DNA of 64,000 nucleotides from the human T2T-CHM13v2.0 reference genome, Homo sapiens. Made by a program: the position numbers and the translations under genes. A model generated the notes under the pieces. It saw only the letters and a list, made by a program, of their open reading frames with translations. It did no database searches and was not told the origin of the DNA. The stretch is from assembly GCF_009914755.1 (NCBI RefSeq), contig NC_060925.1; one strand, 5' to 3'. Positions 53,961 through 64,000 of the stretch are shown piece by piece. Positions within the stretch are counted from its first letter, which is position 1; every line of letters begins with the position of its first letter.

Positions 53961-56569
53961 TTTAATGGCATATTCTCAACACATTAGTATGCATGTTTAT
54001 AATATATCAAGGGAGAGAATAGGCATTGGGATTGGGGCATGAAAGGGGAAAATATGAAAATGAACTAACACATGGGCAAGACCATGAGCAGGTAGATGCC
54101 ACAAGCTCCTTAGGATGATGACTTCAATTTGTACCTGAGATCCACACTAAAGAAAAAAGGGAGAAAGTGGCTCTGGATGAAGGTCTGAGGAGATCACCTT
54201 TGAGTTAAGAGCATGAATTTTCGTGTGGATAAATGTGGAACATCTATATTGTCTGCTCAGCAGCCCTTTTTCTTTACATACTGATTACAAAATAAGTCAT
54301 CTCTTAATGGCCAGTAAGTCATGTTCACACAAGCAAAGCAATGCTGTACTGAGTTTCATTATAATAAGATATACCTACAGTACAGCCTGACACTCAAGAG
54401 TAATTCTTTCCAAGACCTTTATGAATCCCTCCAATTCACAAATTACCACTATGGCACATAATTTCCCCCATAATATGCATATACAATGAGTGAAAACAAC
54501 ATTTTTTCTTTGGGTGCCTAGGGGCAAGATGCCTGACTCATTTACTAGCTGTGCAACCCACCACTACACTCCAGCATCCCAGCCGGCAAGTGAAATTCTA
54601 ATTCATGCTTCAGCAAAAATACAAATTATAATATATTTTAAACATGGAGGGTCATTTGCAAATAATGAGAAATGCAAATTCTAAATCAATGGAAGTCCAG
54701 GGAGTACTGTACCCTGATGACCACTCCGCTGCCCTGGAAGAGTTACTGCAGCTTTTTAAAGTGTTTAATATAATCTCTGAAATAACGGAGGCTATGAGCA
54801 AACCCCACTCATTCTGATTGACAATTTGGCCTGTGGCTCAGACCACTGACTCTAAGCAAATCATAGAAGATTGAAATTCTGAAAGAAGATGTTGATTTCA
54901 AAGCTTTTAATGATTCTAATTTTCAATCAGCAGTTTTTAGTTTTCTTTTTTCCAGCTCATTACCCAAAGACTCTGTGGATCAACCAATGTGTGCAGCCCA
55001 TCTCCTCCTAATTCCTCGAGTAATACAATCCTGTCCATCATTTTACCTAGCCCTGGAAAACAAAGCCAAAATATACGTGTTCATTTCAACTTCATTTACC
55101 TTGTCAGGATTCCAAAAGCTCAGGAAACAACATAAAAAAAAATCCCAGCATATCAGAAAGCTTCTAAAATGAAGCTGATCAAGCCAATGATTTCTTCACA
55201 CAACTGAACTGATGGGACACTGAATGCAGGCTGGCAGCTCTGGCTGTGACAAAAAAGAGAGGCATGAGAAAACAGAGGAGGAAGAGGAGAGTCTTCAGCC
55301 TCAAATCAGAGTTGTGTCCATCTCCTCAGAGTGTGGAGATGAAAATAAAGTGGCTTTGAAACATATGCCTGCTATTCAGAAAAGCAGCCAACAGTTACAA
55401 GTATGAAGTGGGATACGGGAATAGGTTCCTACTGTGTAAAATTGCATGTTATTGAATTGATTGAGTTGTCATTCAGAAAAGGTGATTTTCAAAATGAAGC
55501 TGGTGGGGAAATAAATAGAGTAGAAATTCAGATCAAATTCATTCAAATATTGCCACTGATACCTGTGAAACTAAAGGATTGCAGCTTGGGAAGGTAATGT
55601 CATTAAACAATGACACTGAAGGTCATTCCTTGTTACCCTTTTCTATAAATGATCCCACCTCTTCTTTGGCTCATTGACTGTCACTCAGCAGAGTCACTCG
55701 CTCACTGACTCACCTGGAGCCAGGGCCAGTCAGGCCTTGGTAATATTCAGGAATCCCTATGTTGTCTTAAAAGTCTCCTAAAACCCATTTCCCATGTTCT
55801 GTTCCCAACCGTGACCCACCCTTACCTCTGGTGTCTCCCCTAAGCTACCACTTACTGTGTGTTGACCAGCTGGGGGACGCGTAGAGAACCAAAGCCCAAC
55901 TTTAAGGCCTCCTGTGAGATAGACCACAGTAACACAAAGTAGAACTTCTATAGGTGTGTGGCAAACTAGTTCCATTAGGGTGACCTTGAGAGCCTAAGGG
56001 GGTCAATCCTGGATTGTGTCTTATATATAGTAGATGCTCAATAAAAATGCATATAATGATAGAAATAAAAATGAACAAATGGCAGTTCCCTGAAATAGCA
56101 GGAGACCAAGGGAAAAGAACAGCAATCAGCATTCAGTTCTGGCAGGTCTGTCCACAGGAACAAAACCCCAGCTGGGGAAGGGAGCATGGGGAACAGAGCT
56201 CAGCTTCCTGGAGGACAGGGCTGGCAAGGAAGTAGCAGGTTTCCAGGACTTCAGCCAAGGAGGCTGGGGATCGGAATGGGGTTTCAATCCCAACAGGGAA
56301 TGCGAGTGTCGAATGGGGTCAACTCAGCAAGCTTAGAGGAAACACGTGCAGGCTCATCAGAACACCATGGCCCTGGGCAGGATCAACCAGGAGTGAGCAG
56401 GGAGCACTGCAGAGAAGGGGCCCTCCGGACATGCCCCAACTGGGGAGTGCTGGCACCCCTCTCCAGTTCGCATCTACTGCCTTTCAAAACTGGCTCCTGT
56501 ATGGCAGTTAATGCAAGCCCCCACCCTCGTAGAAAGATCACTGACAAGGCGGCCTCATCAGAAGCACCA

Positions 56570-56760
56570 GACTCCAGTCCCAGCCCTGCCATGCCCAGAA
56601 TGCGCCCTCAGGCAAGGCATTTAACTCCTTCAAGTCACAGATCCCTCCTCATAATTGGGAGCAATGGTTAAATTTATTGGAGCATTTGAGGATAAAGAAG
56701 AGCACACATACGGAAGTTCTCTGTAAAGAATGTAGCTTTATAAATGTTGGCTATTTGTGC
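56570..56760 (+). mobile_element. MIR relic
   Basis: GGCAAGGCATTTAACTCC...TTTGAGGATAAA...ATAAATGTTGGCTATT. Confidence 0.5.
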
Positions 56761-56899
56761 ATTAAGCACTATTCCATGTTGAATCCAATGTTGAAATTGT
56801 TAAATTGAATTTTCTGGAATCATAGAAATAAAGCTTTAGTTTCTCATTCAAGAAACTTGAAGCATCAGGCAGGCAAACTGAGTTTTGCAAGGAGTGTGA

Positions 56900-57290
56900 G
56901 AAGCTTTCCCTGGGCCCCTGAAAGCACGCTGCTGTTGGCATCTAACCGATGCATGGCCATCTAGTTGAGCTCTGCTTGCAGCTGGGATCGGCAGCCTTCG
57001 TATGAAGCACATCTAAGTATCTATTGCAGGGCGAGTAAATAAAACCTTCACAAAGGTAAACAGTTGTTCGGTTTTACAGCCTATTCACACATAACTTTTA
57101 TGCTCCATTATGATATACGGCTTCTATATGTTTGGAAGTCCTAGAACATCGTTCTGTGTGGTGTCCTTTAAGTGACTGGTTGATAAACGATTATTTACTC
57201 ACCAGCTTTCACGGCCCATGAAAGCCTTTAAACTGGAACGCTGTCCCTAACTACCCATTAGTGATCATGGTAATTCTTCCTAATGGGATG
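56900..57290. promoter_or_regulatory. Candidate conserved non-coding or enhancer element
   Basis: 11 CpGs in ~320 bp, three forkhead-type sites, inverted repeats; no match to common repeats that I recognise. Confidence 0.4.
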
Positions 57291-57436
57291 TGAGCCAGTT
57301 ATCTTGACAGGCTTAGTGGCACAGGGAGGCAGGTTGGGCAGGATAAGAAGGAGCCCATGCCCAATCCAGGGTGTTCTACTGCATTGTCTGAATCAAAGGC
57401 CATGTCTACCATTGGGACATAACATGGCATGCACTT

Positions 57437-57747
<311 letters not shown>

Positions 57748-58089
57748 TCAGCACATAGTGATGACTCAGCCTCCAACACCTGCCTTCTGCTGGTTTCACA
57801 CCAACATGACTGTGTTTACCTGCATGACACAGTCTTATGGCACAGATAAGGGAGTCAAGTATGCTTGTTCCATTTCCTGGTGGCACCTGTGAACTCTTCT
57901 GTAATGTAAGGCAAATCACTTTTCCACTCTGGGAAGGAGAAGCAGTCCACAGCTTGATAACAGAATGGGTCCAAATTTTGCTTGTAAGATTGTTGGTTGG
58001 CATTCGCAAAGTATTTTTAATAGAAATTATAAATAGTAGTCTGAAAATGTTTAATGGTTATTATAATAACACTAGTATTAAGTATTAAT

Positions 58090-58300
58090 AGTATCAAGTA
58101 TTGAGTGCTTATTACTTGCCAGAAACAGTACTAAGCATTTTATAGGTAATTTTCATGATATTTATGGTAAGCCCATGAGATGGGGTTTGTCTTTTCCGTT
58201 TCACAGATGAGAATACTGAGGCTCAGAGAGGGTAACTTACCCAAGGTTACAAGGCACCAAAGCTGAGGCTCGAAGCCTGTGCTCTTGACCACTCCTCCAC
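58090..58300 (-). mobile_element. MIR SINE
   Basis: TATTGAGTGCTTA...TTTCACAGATGAGAATACTGAGGCTCAGAGAGGGTAACTTACCCAAGG. Confidence 0.85.
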
Positions 58301-59157
58301 AGTCAGCAGTGACCCTTCTGTCCTTTATACTTTCCATATTTCCCAAATTTGAAAATGAATTGTTTTAATTGTACAATCAGGAGGACATTTTTGGTTAGCT
58401 TTCTAAGTTAGCCATCAAAAATTGTTAGCTATACACAGCTGATGTATGAGAATATGGGTCTGATCAGGGCACCAGGTGAAAGACGAGAAAGAACATGGAA
58501 AATGAGGAACCAGGAATAGAGGAAGAAGTCAGAGATGGAGGAGGAAGAGGGAAAGCAAGCACAAATGGAAAAAAAGACGTCTTCATGAAAGAGAATATGA
58601 AAAGGAACAGTGGAAGGAGGTTGGAGTAAGATGGTGAAAGGCTTTAAATGTCAAAGACCTTTGAACTCTATTCCATCTCTGAAACCAGTGCTACTTTTTA
58701 CCTCATGTAGATTTCATAACACAAAGATGTAATGAATGTAAAACAGCTGTCAACTGGAAAAAGGAGGAAGTAAGTGTTGGCACCTACAAAGCTACAAAGA
58801 CCAATTTTTTTAAAACATGAGATTACTTAAGTGTCATATTTACAGTCAGAATCACCTTATTCTTTGAAGTAATGAAACAAGATGATTTTCACATTTTCAA
58901 AGTACTAATGAAAACCCAGCACACTTAATTATTGCAAATGCTTAGATGCATGTGATCAGGGGTCATGTCTTCTAGTGTATTTTTTAATCACAAATGGTGT
59001 TATATACCATCCTCAACAGCATCTGACACTGTCTCTACACTCAGCAGGTACTCCATAAACATCAGTGGCTAGAGTTTCCAGGCACAACTCCAGCCTCATC
59101 AGGTCACTGGAATATTAAGCAGAGAAACTGAGGCAGAAGCCCAATTGTGAACCAACC

Positions 59158-59451
<294 letters not shown>

Positions 59452-59929
59452 CTACCTCTTGGAGCTTCCTCAGGTATTCAGGACTCAGCCCATCATAAGA
59501 CTTCCCCTGGCACAGTGGAGTTGTGCACTCATTGAGCACCCTGGGTGCCAGGCACTGTGTTGATGCTGCAGAAACGGAGACAAAGAAGGCAGACTCCTGT
59601 CCTCGAGGACTAGCAGGGACTGGTGGGACAGAGCTTGTAGATGGAGGGTGTCCATGGGTCCTGCACTGAAGGCTGATTGAGTAGAGGTGAGATGACGGGT
59701 ACAAGGATCAGGGCAGGGACCCTCTTAGTGAGGATGCACATGGTCTACACTATCCCTCTGCAACTGTGCAAGAAGGGAGCCTGCTTTCCTGCACAAAATG
59801 GAAGAGAAGAGAGAATATTTGCTTTAGCTTCGATTTGTTTTGACCATTGAGCCCAGCAGACAATTACTTTTCCACTTTATGTGGAAAGTGGTCACTTTCC
59901 AGCCCAGAAGGGCCAGCCCTAGCTCTTGG

Positions 59930-60369
59930 ACTTCAGCCCCATTCCTGCTGCAGCCCTCTTGGACATGTTTTAGCTCCTCAAAGGTGCCATATTCTCTCCA
60001 CTTTGGACTTTTGCACTGTGTCTTCCTTCTCATGGGCATATTCTTCTCCCCTCACTCTCCTCTCCCCCTTCACCTGGATAACTCCATTCGGCATTTCAGT
60101 GTCGGCTTAAGCATCACATCTGAAAAGAAGCCTCTCTCTCCCAGACCAGGTTGAATGCCTTGCTATCTGCCCCTTAGCACACTGTTGTTCCTTTTTCATA
60201 ACTCTTATCACACTTGTAATTATGTGTTTACTGTCTCCTGCCCCTCTAGACCATGACCTTTATAAAGGCAGGGCTATATCTGCCTTGTGGCCCATTGTAT
60301 TCTTAGCATCAAGAGCAGGACTAGGCACAGAACAGATGTTCAGTAGGTCCTTGTTGAATGAGTGAGTGA
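59930..60369 (+). mobile_element. L2 3' fragment
   Basis: CTTTTGCACTG...CTAGACCATGACC...GGCACAGAACAG...TTGTTGAATGAGTGAGTGA. Confidence 0.8.
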
Positions 60370-62314
60370 GTTACAAGCCATATCTCCATGGAAGAACAAC
60401 TTTCTGGCAATTGGTATAAGTCCCTTGCGAATTCCTAGAGGCTGGGACCAAGCCTGACTCATCTTTGTAACTGTGGTGCCTTGTATTATGCTGAAACGCT
60501 GTAGTCAGTGAACTCAAAGATGGGGTGCAGAGGAAGGGAGAGCGTGAGGTGGGATTTCCCAACACCAGGCCCTCCCCACTACCCAACCCCAGAAGACCAG
60601 ATAAATTTCACCTACTGAAGGACATCTTTCCTCTCCAATGCAGCCCCAAACTTCCTCTTCTCGACTCCTACAGGCCTTAATGTGTGTGCTTTTCGGTTAG
60701 CCCTTGTCACACCCGGTCTTTTCATGTCCCTCATGAGCTCCTTGAAAACAGAAACTGCAGCTCCTTTTCTTTATTCTCTTGGCTCCTAATTCCTTGTGCA
60801 GAGCCAGTGCTCAATCTATGTCAATTGAGGGCTGACAAGAAATTGAATTTGTTTCCAAAAAGATTGTATAACCTCCTTCCCTGGTGGACTTTGAAATATA
60901 GGGTAGATTTCCAAGTGTGTGGAAAGCAGAGTAAGAACCTTTCTGGAAACAAAAAGGTAAATCATGTGAGTCCCTGTCCAAGCCTTTGACTATATGAAAA
61001 CAAGTACCTTACTGACACTGTAAAAATGAGAAAACCTCTTTTCGGCTTCCTTCATTTTAGACAAAGCCTGGCTTTGTCACATATGCTCTGGTTGCAGAGG
61101 GCTCTGGCATAATAGGCAGCCTTCTCCACTCTGACTTAAAGTAAATACAGACAGGCTCTCATCCCACAGAGGACAGAATGAGCAGCTTACTCCGGAAAGC
61201 TGAGGACCGATTGCCAGCATCAGCACAGAAAGGATCAGCTGCACCACAGAGGTGACCCTATTACTTCATGCACAGAGCTGGGCTTCCATCAAGGTCCTTC
61301 CATAAGGTCCTTGTCCCCACACTTACTGGCGCATTGCCCTGGCCCACAGATAATGTACAAAATCTTGTCTTGCCTTTGCATGGCATTTTGCCTTGCAGGA
61401 TCTCTGCTAAGCCTCTCGCCACCTTCCCTCATGGGCAGAGAGAGGAAAGGCCCCCTTAGAGGGACCCCTGGGTGTGTCACTAATCCATCCGCCTGCTTCT
61501 ATGTCACATTTAATTACTCACTCAATACAGAATTATCTGTACCAAGACTCCAGACTAATGAGATGCTGCGAAGCCTTCAAATTGGGGATTACAAACTGCA
61601 GCATGTTGTACCAAGGTCGGTCTGAATTGTTCTAAAGCTCTGATTACTACACGATCACCTTCTTTTTAACCTGAAACCCTTTAATTTTCATTTTTCAATA
61701 GCAAAAAATTTTAGAGCTCTTTGGAGGAGGCAAAGGGTGCTGCTTGGTTGTTTAACTACATGAAAGCTTTAGTGATCAATATCTAAATCTTCAGTGCTGC
61801 ACTGAAGCCAACTCCCTCTCAGTAATCTTCCCAATGGGGTATTTGACCTTTGCCTCAAGAGAATAAGAAACTACATAGGTCCTCTTGGTGGCATTTTGCC
61901 GGGAAATAATGCAAAGGTTAAATAGATATTGTCTTAAACGTATCTGTATTCTTATCCAGTTTAATAATCAGAGAGTCCCCATGCAATCCTTTTATCCCGA
62001 TTCCTTATCATGTGGGTCTCTCAAAGGTAAAGACTTTGTATCCCACCATATTTGCTGTGCTCAGGAAATATGAGGGGTACAGAGAGCTTTCTGGACATTA
62101 ACTATACACTCCATACTCCTGTAGTGTCTAATACAGTAGCTGCTAGCTACATGTGGCAACTGAACAGTTGAAATATGGCTAGCGTGAATGAAGATACACT
62201 ATAAGTGTAAAATAACCACCAGACCTTAAATTTTTAAATGTAAAAAAACAGATTTTCAGTTTTTTTCTATTTGATTACATATTGAAATGATATTTTGGAT
62301 GTATTGGGTTAAAT

Positions 62315-62552
62315 CAGAGTTTCTCAACCTTAGCACTGTTGATTGACATCTAGGCCAGATATTACTTTGTTGTGGGAGGCTGTCTCCCAATGCATTGTAG
62401 GATGTTGACCAGCATCCCATCCACTAAATACCACTAATGCCCTCCTAGTTGTGACAATCAGAAATTGCCCAGTGACATTGCCAAGTGACATTTTTAGATA
62501 TCAGCAAATGACTCCTGGGGAGCAATATCTCCCCTGGTTAAGAACCACCAGG
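62315..62552. mobile_element. MER20 hAT MITE nested in MER33
   Basis: CAGAGTTTCTCAACCTTAGCACTG...GTTGTGACAATCA...GGTTAAGAACCAC. Confidence 0.85.
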
Positions 62553-62603
62553 ACAAAAATATATACTATTAAAATTAACATTACTATTTCATTTTACTTT
62601 TTT

Positions 62604-62618
62604 TTTTTTGAGATGGAG
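62604..62618 (-). mobile_element. Micro-Alu insertion (9 nt of Alu 3' end plus A tail)
   Basis: TTTTTTGAGATGGAG between 16-bp direct repeats TTCATTTTACTTTTTT. Confidence 0.7.
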
Positions 62619-63514
62619 TTCATTTTACTTTTTTAAGGTAGTTACTGAAGAACCTAAACTTACACATGTGGCTTGCCTTTGTGGCTTGTATTGTATTTCT
62701 ATCGGACAGTGCTACCCTAACCTGTGAGCATCTTGGGATCGAGGTTCATGCCTTTTCATTGCTGCATCACCAACATTGAGAACAGAGCTCCTGGAGACCT
62801 TGTAATGGGGACAGAGTCAGTAAGTAATGCTTACAAGTGGGGTTTCTAGGCACTGGCCCATTGAAGATACTCAGGAGCATAGGAACATAGGACAAACACT
62901 AGAAAGTCACAGATCAGGCCCACAGGTGATAGATGAACACACTTACAACAAGTCACAGAGTTTGAATAAAAGTAAATTCTAGTAATTGTTATGAAATCAC
63001 AGGCTGTCCCTAATAGCATATATACCACTGGATAGAGACCATTTCAGGACCCCATGTTGTCTTTTAACTGAGAAAAGCTTTACTGGAGTCAAAACCAGTT
63101 TTTTCTTTAATGTATCATTTGAGGGCATCACATCTCCATCAGCACACAGGTCCCCAGGTCCCTTTGCCACTACTTTTTCTACTTTTCAGTCTGTTCTTTC
63201 CTTTTTTGCTATTCTTAAATCACCCAACATACCTTTCCATTCACCCAGGTGCTTCCAACCTTTTCCACTGTGGTCACGTCTCCCAGGTCATGAACTCTTT
63301 ACTCATATCCCAACCCTCCACCTCCAGCTCTTTCTAAAATTGGTCCCTTCCTGGTTCTTCTCCTGATAGACCTTAACTTAGGTGCATAGTTTACGACTAA
63401 GGACAGTCTCTAAGACCAGGTATCTCTCATTTCCTCTATAAGGCTCAGGGCTCCTGTCACATACCCTACCTCCATATCCCCATGAAGGAAAAAGAATTTT
63501 TGCCATGTCATTTT

Positions 63515-63923
63515 ATCTATTAGGTTCCCTTTGACTGAAAGTAACAGAGAGCTCCAACTCCAAATGGCCTATAAATAAGAGGTGGCCAGCACCACGGTTA
63601 ACTTGGCAACTCAGTGAAATAACCAAGGACCTAAATGCTTTTTATCTTTTGTCTGATCATTCTTAATGTATCCACTTTGCCCTTAGGATTTTTCCCTTCA
63701 TAGTCCCAAAATATCTGCAGCAGTTCCAGGGGGCCCATTCAGAGATAATGTCAAGAAGCAGAAAGGGAACTCTCTTCTCCCTGGGTCTCCGTGGAAGAGT
63801 GGGACAACATTTCTCATAAGCCCTCAGCATAGTGATCACATCTCATGGGCCAGAACTGCATCATGTATCTATATCTAAACAATAACTGGCAATACAAATG
63901 GGACCACTTTGATTAGCTTAGGC
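63515..63923 (-). mobile_element. MLT1K-like LTR
   Basis: AAGTAACAGA...CCAACTC...CCAAGGACC...GCAGCAGTTCCAG...GGCCAGAACTG...GATTAGCTTAG. Confidence 0.65.
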
Positions 63924-64000
63924 CAGTGATGCTCAAAACATGGTCCTCAGACCGGCAGTATCCGCATCACCTAGGAAGTTAGAAATACAAATTCTCTGAC
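63924..64000. mobile_element. MER5A (cut off by the window edge)
   Basis: CAGTGATGCTCAAA...GGTCCTCAGACC...GCATCACCTAGG...TTAGAAATACAAATTCTC. Confidence 0.75.

Larger units (their letters stand above)
62120..62714. mobile_element. MER33/MER3-type hAT-Charlie element carrying nested inserts
   Basis: TGTCTAATAC...GCTACATGTGGC...TTGGGTTAAA and ACATGTGGCTT...ATCGGACAGTGCT. Confidence 0.8.

Noticed and set aside
55708-55777. Perfect minus-strand donor CAG|GTGAGT as a coding exon end
   Set aside because: Weak acceptor and stop codons in all three frames.
56186-56671. 161-aa ORF
   Set aside because: No recognisable domain, low-information composition, runs into a MIR relic, and has no splice or promoter context.

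Overview
Primate (human or great-ape-like; AluY, AluS, L1PA4-type and THE1 elements present) non-coding genomic DNA. It is intronic or intergenic, has no CpG island, and I recognise no host protein-coding gene, tRNA, rRNA or known ncRNA. A large share is interspersed repeats: a 5'-truncated L1PA4-like LINE with a disabled ORF2 (2018-4348), other L1PA/L1M fragments, seven Alus plus a micro-Alu, many MIR and L2 relics, MaLR/ERVL solo LTRs (THE1, MLT1, MLT2, LTR16-like) and DNA transposons (MER5A, MER20, MER33, MER47, MER103). The only ORFs I can tie to a real protein are L1 ORF2 fragments; the rest look like chance or repeat-derived ORFs. I found no convincing new biological system. The best leads are: a CpG-retaining, imperfectly palindromic unique element at ~56.9-57.3 kb; two minus-strand candidate small exons (48 nt frame-preserving; 17 nt microexon-like); two L1 3'-transduction signatures; an L1 with both ends but no middle; a 9-nt Alu micro-insertion with a TSD; and a duplication plus micro-inversion at an Alu head. 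Subfamily names and boundaries of old repeats come from visual recall of consensus sequences and are approximate.
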